64,000 nucleotides of DNA from an uncultured Planctomycetales bacterium (GTDB taxonomy: Bacteria; Omnitrophota; Gorgyraeia; Zapsychrales; Aceulaceae): NCBI GenBank assembly GCA_964648665.1, contig CAZYOA010000002.1:3056-67055 (forward strand), given 5' to 3'. Shown in pieces: positions 28,701 to 38,500 of the stretch. The position numbers were made by a program, and so were the translations under genes. Below the pieces are notes generated by a model that saw only the letters and a program-made list of their open reading frames with translations, did no database searches and was not told where the DNA came from. The number at the start of each line of letters is the position of its first letter. The stretch's first letter is position 1.

Positions 28701-31700
28701 ATATTGCGTAAACAAAAAGATTGATAACGTGTTTTGGCACTTTGTACATCTTCATCAAATCTGCCATTTCTTCGCATGTGCCATCAAAGCTTAAACGATC
28801 AAAAAATCTAAAGTCTGACCACATGTCACCCTCCTCTGGCGAAAGAATTCTCTTAAGTCTTTCTTTGTCTTGAGTTACATAAAAGGCTCTATACCACGAA
28901 AAGATTCCAAAAAGGTCTAAACTTTCATGCTGAAATCCGTAAGCTACAGAAACACCATTGCTGCCGTCAAGTGCCCAAAATAAGTTTTCTGTATATGTGT
29001 TTATGTCATATCCAAAAGGTAGCTCATAGTTAGGGTCTAGTTTGATTTCTCGAGATCTGATAACTTTTTTTAGTAAAATCTTTTCTTCTTCAGACCAGTT
29101 TTCTCTTCTCATGTTAGCTGCTTGATTAATAAACCAGAAATAATAAATGAGAGCCGCAGCTTTCCAAGATATAGTATTTATGTCAATGTTTGCGTCTCTA
29201 ATTTTCAAATCTTTAATTTTTGACAACACAAATTCTTTGCCACCATTTATATCTGGAACGTAACTTTTTAATTCTTTATAACCACTAGACCCTAGCCAAT
29301 TTATTATGGTTTCATTTTTTTCAGCTTTTTCTTTTTTGTTGTTAGGGATTTTTCTTTCGAGAAGCTCATAAAGTAAGTCAAAAAGTTTTTCTTTAGGCAG
29401 ATTACTATTTGTGTACAGATAATTAAAGCGTGAATAAACCCACGTATCGTTATCAATAAATCCAATAGTTAAGTATTCTCTTAGATCATCGAGATTGTCG
29501 TAGTCAATATTTTCTTGCTTAAGGAAGGATGTAAAGTTAGACGGAAAAGATCGATCTTTAAAGTTTGAACGAGAATATTTGTCGTAAAGTATTTCAAAAA
29601 GCCATTTGCGGGAATTTGGACTCTTTTTCATTAGTTCTTCAAGAAAGAAGTATTCGTTATTCTGTCCGTAAAAGGTTCCTCTGCCTGCATTTCCTAAATC
29701 GATATACAGAGATAAAAAGGGTTTAGTTAAATTTTTAGTTTTTGCCATAAACGAGAACACAAGTTCTTGTGCATCTCCAGCGCCTCTGAAAGAATTTTCT
29801 TTAATCTTATGATTCTTATTCTTGATACTTGCTATTTTATTTAAGAGTAAAATAAATTTTTTAAGTTGATTGATGTCAACGCTTTCGTTTGCATAAACCT
29901 GACCAGCTTTTTGCATGAGATAGGTATCTTCAAACCAAAATAAACTTTCGTAAAGATCACCTAAATCTAGATTAAGATGGCTTTCGATATCGTCATAGGA
30001 TAGGGCTTCAAAGTCTTTGTACCAGTCGGTTTTTGGTTTAAGATAATTTGAAATCATTAATTGTATAATTTTGTCTGTAACATGAGGCAATCGCTCGGTG
30101 ATTGCATTTTTTAGTGAATCTGAAATTTCCTCTTTCTCGGTAAATACCGAACGTTGATTGATCCTTTCCTCGATAGACATATTCATGTTTGAAATGTTGT
30201 TAAATGATGCATTGTGGTGCTCAACGGTTCGAAATCGTGCCTTTTGAAAAAGATTTAATAAATCAACTTGAAAGCTTTTATCTGTAGGGTTAAGTGACTG
30301 GATTTCTTTAATATAATCTTTTTCTGTAAACACTATTCCTTTATTTTTTTTAATGCGTTTTTTTAAAGTTTTTGTATCTTGAAAGAAATCGGCGGAGAAC
30401 TTTTGTGGTTTTAAGTCATATGTTGGCCAGTATTGATTTAAAAGAGCATCTTCAAGCCTCGCAACTCTTCTAGCTAAGGTTGGATAATGAATTCCTGCAA
30501 GACTAACGGCTTTGCTTGACATCCCTTTTATTTTTAAACGTTCGCTAAAGAACTTTGTTGATTCCTGAACATTAAATCCTGCTTTTTCCATCAATGAAAG
30601 AATTGCTAAGTCTGATGCTGTTTCATTTGAATATCGATCGACAATTCCATTGATAGTTTTTATAACATTATTATGGCCTTTTTCTTTCTCTTTTTTCTTT
30701 CGATTTTCTTCTGGGTGTGCTATGGCTCTTAAAATATGTCCAGTTTCGTGTGCCAATATTGACGCCAAAACATCTTTAGAGAAGTTTTTTTCTGTCATGT
30801 GGGACAACAAGCCCGCGTTGACAATAATATGACTGCTATGTGGAATGATGCAAGCATTGACAGATGGATCACCAACAATTGATAATTCAAAAAGTTGTGG
30901 ATCCAAACCTGCTGCAGTCAGAATTTTGTCTAGTATTTCTCTAACTTCTTTATGCATTTTATTCTGCTTGCTTAGTTTTCCAGCTTCACTGATCCATTCT
31001 CGCATATATTTATCAGCATCTTCTTGAAGAAAAAAATAGTCATCAAGGCTAATGTTACCATTTTCTTGGATTTCAGGCTCAGATCCTGGAATAACCATAT
31101 TAAAAATATTCTTAACAGATGAGATGTTGTTCGATGCTGATAAGTTTGAAGATATAGAACGAAAGCCTGATTCACCATTTTCATCTTTAGAAGGATTTGC
31201 AACGAACATGATATTTGTTAGATCTTGATTGCCGTATTTGCTTAACAGCATGGATCTAGATCTTGCGCTTTGTGTGAAATTTATATTTTCTCCGATTTCT
31301 AAGTTTGTGACATTGACACCACCAGAAAAATATTTTCTTGGAACATTTTTTTTCTCGTATTTATCGTATTCAACTTTAACAAAGTCACAAATTCCCTTTT
31401 TAAAGGATTTTATATATTGTTCGTAGATGTCTTTTGATAGGTTGGCAGCACTTACTCCTTCTATTTTAATCTTATCAGTATAAACTTTACTAAAGATAGA
31501 ATTTTTAAAACTATTTTTAAACCAATACGCTAAGATTAAAGAATTATAAATCTGTCTAAGTTGAGCGAAGTTTTTGCCCTGATTGACTTCTTTTTCTAGA
31601 GCAGGGATGACAACCTCACGGACAATTTCGGAAGCAAGTTTATTGTTGGCTTTCTTATTAGTATTACTTGATTGAACTATGTCCCTTGCTTTTAGCGCTT

Positions 31701-32403
31701 GGGACTGCGAAGCGTCCCCTGTGGATTCCTCATCGTGCTGTAATGCTACATAATCCTCTTCAAGCATAACCTTTAGTCGCGCTTGTACGATAAATGCCCG
31801 ATCATTTTTTACATAAACTTCGGCATAGTCCGGAATGATCCAAACTTTGTTAAAAGTGTCAATTGGGATATTGGTCGTGCCGTATTTCTCATAAGATTTT
31901 TTATAAATTCTTCGCCAGAATTCTTTTCCTAATTCATCTTCAGGGTAGATTAAAGAGGCCGTAACTTGTTTCAGCAAATAATCTTGAGCTAGCATATCTA
32001 TGCCGAGATCTGTTTTTGCAAGAGATTCTGGAATGATTCTATCTTTTTCATAGGGTGATAAGTTTACCCATAAATTGTCATCAGGAATTGTTAAAGAGGC
32101 CATAAAATATTTAATAAGTTTTAATGCTTCAGGCTTGAGATCATCAGATTTTAGTTCTGTATCGCCAGAATCAACAATAAAATCAAATTTAAATGCATTT
32201 TCGGGATGTAATTTAATTCCCCTTAATATGACGGGCGTAAAGCCAGAGCTTAAAGAAACGATATTCCCTGGCGCAGGTAGTCCTAATGTGCTGAGTTGGG
32301 CTAAGGCATAAGATGGGCAGAGGCTATTTATGCCAAAAAATAGAATTATGGCTAGACAGATAATTTTGAAAGTTTGCGATTTTTTATAATAAAAGTAAAA
32401 CAT
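25732..32403 (-). CDS. giant paralog B (2223 aa): signal peptide, family head, M48-like HExxH peptidase, long helical region, UbiB/ABC1-type kinase domain, family tail
   Basis: Signal peptide ...LCPSYALA|Q and head at aa ~36-362. The M48 pattern is VNACIIPHSSHIIVNAGLL...LASILAHETGHILRA (HETGH at 30736..30750) plus HYPTLARRVARLE. The ABC1 pattern is GVKLGQLL...LKDQANP...LGDASIKNVF...LKIKRPEV...ILDELNF...GVFHLDLHTGNVII...IIDLGG (26380..27147). The tail is GGIDFNDKNMNIKTSGNSIAFRIP...GFWPMIISISP at the very C-terminus. Confidence 0.9.
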   Translation of the reverse strand: MFYFYYKKSQTFKIICLAIILFFGINSLCPSYALAQLSTLGLPAPGNIVSLSSGFTPVILRGIKLHPENAFKFDFIVDSGDTELKSDDLKPEALKLIKYFMASLTIPDDNLWVNLSPYEKDRIIPESLAKTDLGIDMLAQDYLLKQVTASLIYPEDELGKEFWRRIYKKSYEKYGTTNIPIDTFNKVWIIPDYAEVYVKNDRAFIVQARLKVMLEEDYVALQHDEESTGDASQSQALKARDIVQSSNTNKKANNKLASEIVREVVIPALEKEVNQGKNFAQLRQIYNSLILAYWFKNSFKNSIFSKVYTDKIKIEGVSAANLSKDIYEQYIKSFKKGICDFVKVEYDKYEKKNVPRKYFSGGVNVTNLEIGENINFTQSARSRSMLLSKYGNQDLTNIMFVANPSKDENGESGFRSISSNLSASNNISSVKNIFNMVIPGSEPEIQENGNISLDDYFFLQEDADKYMREWISEAGKLSKQNKMHKEVREILDKILTAAGLDPQLFELSIVGDPSVNACIIPHSSHIIVNAGLLSHMTEKNFSKDVLASILAHETGHILRAIAHPEENRKKKEKEKGHNNVIKTINGIVDRYSNETASDLAILSLMEKAGFNVQESTKFFSERLKIKGMSSKAVSLAGIHYPTLARRVARLEDALLNQYWPTYDLKPQKFSADFFQDTKTLKKRIKKNKGIVFTEKDYIKEIQSLNPTDKSFQVDLLNLFQKARFRTVEHHNASFNNISNMNMSIEERINQRSVFTEKEEISDSLKNAITERLPHVTDKIIQLMISNYLKPKTDWYKDFEALSYDDIESHLNLDLGDLYESLFWFEDTYLMQKAGQVYANESVDINQLKKFILLLNKIASIKNKNHKIKENSFRGAGDAQELVFSFMAKTKNLTKPFLSLYIDLGNAGRGTFYGQNNEYFFLEELMKKSPNSRKWLFEILYDKYSRSNFKDRSFPSNFTSFLKQENIDYDNLDDLREYLTIGFIDNDTWVYSRFNYLYTNSNLPKEKLFDLLYELLERKIPNNKKEKAEKNETIINWLGSSGYKELKSYVPDINGGKEFVLSKIKDLKIRDANIDINTISWKAAALIYYFWFINQAANMRRENWSEEEKILLKKVIRSREIKLDPNYELPFGYDINTYTENLFWALDGSNGVSVAYGFQHESLDLFGIFSWYRAFYVTQDKERLKRILSPEEGDMWSDFRFFDRLSFDGTCEEMADLMKMYKVPKHVINLFVYAIFYDRNLKSILPDAVNKFDLKAVNAAMLNTTAKDKNDKSIKEILEKWKNIVKHLDYEPLLDDIKNADVIKNEGKKFTQDYISKNLFFNKTARSIYKVLFGDWSKYVPSFIRKFIILIGDAYTEEKKEVLREKYGFLIRHVMPELLSEEFGFKELLLLVIEATQRNKEEDDDQKKAESKNNKKIPEDKLKNPLFDDIYGNFLHVEIGIPHMFKPYLDEVVKDNKMDFDSKLSYITDLFPEESRVRDYYLTELMKFEDGTFERFKTVMHIFSSIHFKEKYSLLALEKDRQLNPEDFKDPEKHLAKITEIYFPDPSYLRDDILNDFLKDENILDSSIYAKTRQYMLSFLSSADQEKHRKFTFLEDKVFELIRDMNPRSKKNILLWLMGISDKKPEPLSVIEQKYEINLTYLKENLEELKSSYYPSIGNVSHKKMLEMFLDGPGGVVADDIIYKEILDTVFEKFIPEGSSENKGLKTIFDTVLKFSSAEKKKSVLLALINGQQKIDFTQKSSEQKQKAVFIKQFLEIYGVIGVKLGQLLVDIPGLNFSDEIKDALSSLKDQANPSEIGTVLDYAKKLFPGKIVKIKKRLGDASIKNVFLVEIDEKLWVLKIKRPEVDKVWKEDFKILRRSLRQLKREKFIDLPEGLSKAIENMILDELNFKGEKINQETLSANMKKRGSKINCPVAEITINNTAILEPYVEGISLKEFLKQNDPRADEVLGELRDELLAEIFIDGVFHLDLHTGNVIISSEKINIIDLGGVARISDRNKKRILNFLSNFQNTVKKYENIPILGKIIKKNNTSKNGGAIGHINKVLSFLKTLRRLKIITRSTYDQMHSVVKALISASYLFENMSAKELSNKLRNLDSLIKPLIENSTAEQPANGSSNATEPVIPSTSQNETNTVQVKNPGIQNSTESGNSNINPKSASSLLTTNNEMRKGGIDFNDKNMNIKTSGNSIAFRIPREFENIDWNIVEGFWPMIISISPAPSVSTLIQ

Positions 32404-32502
32404 AAAACGCCTTTCTTCGCATTAATCTTACATGGACATCCATCCCGACATATAAAGTATAAACTATATATATGTATATATAAGAGGTTTAGAGTGATTT
32501 CA

Positions 32503-32518
32503 AGAAAGCGTTTTCTTT
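32503..32518 (-). promoter_or_regulatory. conserved palindromic box upstream of giant paralog B
   Basis: Plus-strand text is AGAAAGCGTTTTCTTT, 100 nt upstream of the ATG at 32401..32403. The AGAAA/TTTCT arms are inverted repeats around GCGT. Confidence 0.5.
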
Positions 32519-32544
32519 TTTTAGGAGGGTTGTTTATAGGATTG

Positions 32545-35500
32545 TTATGTGCTTTGTAAGGCTAATTTTTGATCTTTGTTTTCTTGATCATCTAGGCCTA
32601 AAAGGCCTGTAAAGCTTGTTATAGGAGTTATATTAATGATGACAGGAGTGAATCCATCGATATTGGTGAGATCAACATTTTGCATATCAAGAGGAATATC
32701 AAAATCGATCTGCCCTCCTTTTGTTGTTATGTTCATATTTTCAGCGTTAAAGTCAATTCCGCCGGTTGACGAGATATTCTTTGAGGATTTTGTATCCGCG
32801 TTTGGCGCGTCACGAGATAGAATAGATTTAATCATTGGATTATTTTCTAAAAGCTCTTCCGAAATCACTCGAACTGTTTCCAAACCCGAATTTCTTGCTT
32901 TTTCGACTAAACTCTTTGCATCCTCAATATACAGAAGCTGCTTTAAGGACACAATGCCAATTCTATTACTTTGATCTAAAAGACTGTCTTGTGCCTTTAA
33001 GAATTCAAATAATCTCTGATAAACATTTGGGTCCTTTTTGCTGACGCCTAATATTATTGGGCTAATGCGTTTATATTTCGCTAAAAACTTTAGTTCATGC
33101 ATAGCCATTAATATATTGTAAGTTATGCTATGCATATTAGTAAAAATCTCTACTCTAAGGCCTTTTGCTTCTAATTTCTCCAATAATTCTTTTCTACCTT
33201 TTATAGGCTTATAGAATCTCACTAAGAAGTCTTGTAAGAGTGGTCTTTGTTTTTCTTTTTGTGCTAAATATATATTTCTTCTTCTATGTTGAACAGAATC
33301 CGGTGTATGTGCTGCAAACAACTCCTCCATGCTCCTTAAGGCATACTCCCAATATGCTTTCTCATATTCTGGTTTTGTTCTATATTTGGCAGCCTCCTCA
33401 CCTGTTTTGAATACATCTACTAATTTATTTATATCGCTAATGCCAAAATATTCTCCAATATATTCAATCCCTTCAGCTATGCCATCAGTAACGAGAGTGC
33501 CAGTTAAATCTGAAATAATCATTTTTACTTCTTTTGCTGTCGTCGCATCATCACCTGTACGTCTAGACCCCGGCTCGCCTACTGTTTTTATTTCCGATGA
33601 TGCAATCTGACTGCTTGAGGCTTTCTTTAATCCAGTAGATTTTTCAACTAAAAGCTGTCTTCCTTCGTTTTCAGTAAAAACCTCTAAATCTTTATTTTGT
33701 AAAATAGAAGTGAACATCATAGCTGTCATGTCGTAAAATTCAGAAGGAAGAAAAGTGTCTCCCTGGCTTACGCCAAGAATTTCTCCTTGATCCAAAATAT
33801 CTGTATTTAATTTTCCGAATAAAATATTGTTTTCGTTTACACTGTTATTCGGAGATAACGAGACCTGAAATGCTAATAATGGATTTTGATTTGCTTTCTT
33901 AGCATTTAAAATCCATCCTGTTTCCACTCCCCCCTCTGGCAGGTTGTCAACATTATCATTTTCATCAAAGAGCGCATTGTAATAATCTTCGCCTTTTTCG
34001 TTAAAGTGTTGAACAAAGAGATCCTTGATAATTTCTTTTCCTGGGAAAAAGAAAACAATTGGATGTTGTTTCTTTCGAACAGCATCTGTTTTTGCTGCTA
34101 AGAAGTGACGTCCAAAAATTGGTTTCTTTTCTTCGTCACTGCCTCGTTCTTTCCTAACTGTTTTTATTATGGACCTTAAGTAATCGGCCTCTTTTCCAGA
34201 CCCAGGTTCTCCTCTATCAGCTTCAGAAACTGTGACTTGTGGATTTTGTGAGAATTTCTGATTTAAGAAATGAGTAAAAGACCAATTGTGATTATAGGAA
34301 TCACAACTAAGATTGAAGAAGCGTGTTTGACTAAAATCTCCAGATTCACTTAGAGCGCTTGCTATTTCTTCGTAGTTTAGGTATTCTCCATAATCAAAGG
34401 CAAGGCGATTTGCTGTGATATCTAAGAAATGTGAAATTTTGTTAAATGCGTCTTGATCGTAAGCTGTTTTTAAATATTCTTTAATTTCATCTAAGTCTGC
34501 AATGAGTTTCATTTGCTCATGCTCTTCTTCTGCAAAGTTGTTGTCGACTAAATTTTTATGCAAAGCTTCCCAGCCAATGTCGTAGTTCTCCACTTCATCT
34601 CGTTCAAAAATTGGCGTATTGTGTCCTCTGAAAAGAACGACTCTTGACCCGCGGCTTGCTTTCAAGGCTTTAATAACATCTTCTTTTTTATCTTTCCCTC
34701 CTTTAAAAGAAAATATTTTATCTTCAAGAACTCCTCCTAATTCTGCAAGTTCTTCTGCTTCTTCGACGAGAAATTTTTCCTCTACGTTTAGAATGTTAAT
34801 GACTGTTGTGTTTTTGTCGTAATATATTTCGTTGCCGCTAATTTTTTGAAAATCAATAGCTAAGGAAATAGCATTGTTGATATGTTCGTTATCGTAAGGC
34901 ATTTTTGATCCCGCAAGAATTCTTAGCGAGGAGATGAGAAGTGAGATTTTTTCATTTTTTGTTTTCTTCTTAAGTTTTCTAGAAAAACCTAGATCTTTAC
35001 TAAAAAAGAAGTCTGAATTTCTTTGGACAATATTATCTGCGTATTCAAAAACAACATCAGGATTATTCTCAAGAATTTCAACGAGTCCACTTGTGAATTC
35101 TTCTTGAAGATCTTTTGATCTAAATTTTGCATTAAAGTTTTGAAGGCCAAAGATAGGAGATTTCCCGATAAGGCCGAGTAAGATTTGAGGTTGTTTTTCG
35201 CTTTCAAAATAAGAGTAAGCCCAAAATTTTATGGCAAGATCGGGGTGCTTGTTCATAGCATCTTTTAGTATTTCTCTAAAATCATTGATGTCTTTAAAAA
35301 ATGGTGCAATATCAAGAAAATTCTTAATGAGCTCTTTTGCATATTTGTCGGGGTTTTTCTTTATATTGTTAGCCAAGTTTATGTAATAAAGCTCTTCAGG
35401 ATCGGATATTTCTTTATTTTTATTTTTATTTGTTCTTTGGAATTTTATAGCTTGATCATTTTCTTTTTGAGGTTTCAAGTTTTGATTGCCTTGTTTTGCT

Positions 35501-38500
35501 TCTTGATTTTCTCTTTTATAAATTTCTTCTCTAATAAAATCTTCTAAGATTTCCTTAATTCCTTTCGCTTCTTTTCTTGCTGCTTTTGAAATTTCTTGAT
35601 GTTTTTCAGCAGCGGGTTGTTTAAAATTTCTTGGTTTTTTAACCTTAAGACTTAAGATTCCTAATCTTGAGAAACGCGGGTGTCCTGTGTAAGCTGTAAT
35701 ATCAATAACAGCACTATCTTCATATTTTTTAACTGCAGCAAAGACAAATCCTTGCTGCTGGAGCATTCTGCTTACAGAATAATCTGGGCCACTTGGTTGA
35801 GGATAAAACTGCATCCTTTCTGTGTCGCCTTTATTTTTGTTGATACCTGTATGAAAATGCATTGATGCAAAAGAAAATCCTTTTGGACCTCTTGGAGCCC
35901 AAACATCATCATTAAAAAGATATGACGGCCTATTTTCGAACATAAGGGAACCTTGAAGATCAATAAACATTACTTTTCCTGTTTCAGCCGTTTTATCAGC
36001 AACATCCTGATAGTAAAATTGAGCTATTGAATCAGTAAAGCTTTCATTTTGCAATGCTTCGTACATTGCCAGAGAACGCAATAAAAATAATGTAGAATAC
36101 TCATCGGTATCCTCTATGCTAAGTCTTGAATTTTTGTTTTTAGGGCTTGTCAAAGGTTTCGCATAGATTTTTGATTTAATTTCTTGCTCTAGAAGTTTTC
36201 GATTTGATAGTAGGTCATAAAAGTGCTTGTCTCTTGCAATATAATCGATAAGAAATAGATCGCTTATGGCTAGCCATTCTCCTTCATTTTCTAATTTTCT
36301 TACAATTTTATCGATTTTATCTTTATTAAAAGTTCGAGATAAAATAAGAAAAGGAACAGCCTCTTTAACAGAAAAGGTTTTGTCCGGAAATTTCTCGCGA
36401 ACATAATCAAGCGTTTCTTGGAATTGATCAGAATACAAAAGATCTCTGTATTCTGGATTGTCGCTAATAAAGTTATAGAGATCACAAGCTCCAAAGACGT
36501 CCTCTATATTTCGTATTCTTCGATCTTTAAAAATAGTGTCGTTAACTCGATAGTAAAATTTCTGAAAATCATCGCGGGCAATTATTTTGGCTATTCTAGG
36601 TTCTTTGGATAAAGCAATAATTTTCCAGGTGGGAATTTGATCAGCGTAGAAATTTTTGCCTAGAATGTCAAAATTCATATTAAAAAGTTTCTCTGCTGCC
36701 TTAAGGCTTTCTTTCGACAATCCATATTGTTTGGAAAGTTTTTCGAAATCTGTGGTGTCGTTATTAAAAAGGTAGAACCCTTCGGCCCAGCGTTTAAGAA
36801 AATATTCTTCAATTTTAGAAAAATCATAGCTTTCAATGTTGAGAGGCTTTTGATTAAAAGTATTAACATATAAAGAGTGTGCAGAGTTAGCAAGAGCAGA
36901 ACCTTGAATGGATTGCATAAAAAGAGATAACATTTCGTAGTTAAAGTAATAGTCACCATCGTTATATTTCTTTTCAATATCTTTTTTGTTTTGTTTTATA
37001 TATTCTTCTGCACTTCTTTTTTCTTGTTCCCTGTTGAAGATTTTTCTGCCATCTTGACTCACAATCCCGGGGTATTCAACGGCAAGTCTTAAAGATAATG
37101 TTTTTCTATAGATTTCCTTTTCTTTATTAATGACAAACTGTTTATAGCCAAGAGTGTCTAGGGTTTCTCCTGTAATCATCTGCGCTGCGAACGCATGCTG
37201 AATGGGCGTATTCGGACAATCTTGGAGGAGCAATAAATCCATCATGATTGTTTTAGGGTCTCGGCTGGAAGCCAGCATGGCTAGATAAGATTCAAATTCA
37301 TATGTTGTGTATGTTGATATATTTCCGTATGGGATATAGTATTTATCTAACAATTTATTGATATTCGCAATTTGATCATCGCTAAAGTCATTCTTTTCTC
37401 TTTGCTTATGTGTCATTTCATGAACGATAACTGCATGCATCCAGTCTTTTAAAAATTTAAGCTTTCCTTCTTTTGTTAGAAATATTTTTTGATTTAGGAT
37501 AGAGCCCATAAAGCTGTACGGACTTTGAACATATCCAGATATTCTTTCGATGTCTTGATAAAATGCTTCTAAATAGATTTCGATATTGTTTCCATCCACA
37601 CTTCTTCCAACGGCATCAACTGTTCCATCATCTAAGAATTTTACTTTTATATCTTGATCTAATATTTTAAATTCTTGCTCGTCAACGATTTCAGGGTTTT
37701 TATTTCTAGAGCTTTTTAAAGAATCTTTTTCTTTTGGAGATTGACTTAAAGAAAAAAGATTATCTTGAAACTCTAGTCGAGAAAAGCTTCCTAGATCTAC
37801 TTTATGAACCTGACTCTTATTGTTAGATTCTTGACTGTTTTCAAAAGATGGACTTGCAAGAGCAGCTACAGTTAAGCTTACTGTAACTAAAATAACCAAT
37901 GTTGCATTTGTTAGAAATTTCCTTAAGTTACTTCCCGCTCTCCTCCCTCTTCGACTGTCCGCTTTTGTCACTATAATATTGCTTGATGCAAAACTTCCAA
38001 CAACTCCACCTGAAAAATACTTTCTAGGAATATTCTTTCTTGTATATTGGTCGTATTCCACCTTAACAAAATCACACACACCTTTTTCAAAAGATTTAAC
38101 ATATTGATTATAGATGTCCTTTGAGATATCTTTGGTATCTACACCTTTAATCTTGCTTTGATCAGAATAAACCTTGTTTACAATAGATTCTTTTAAGTTA
38201 TTCTTAAACCAATAGGCTAAAACTAAAGAGTTATAAATCTGTCTAAGCTGAGCGAAGTTTTTGCCTTCATTGACTTCCTTTTCAAGAGCTGGAATAACAA
38301 TTTCACGAACGATTTCAGAAGCGAGTTTGTTGTCGGCTTTCTTGGCACTATTTTCAATAACAGAGCTATTTAATGCTACATAATCTTCTTCTAACATAAC
38401 CTTAAGTTTAGACTCAACTACGAAGGCTCTATCATCCTTTACATAGACTTCAGCCTTGTCAGGCATGATCCAGACCTTATTAAAAGTATCTACAGGGATG

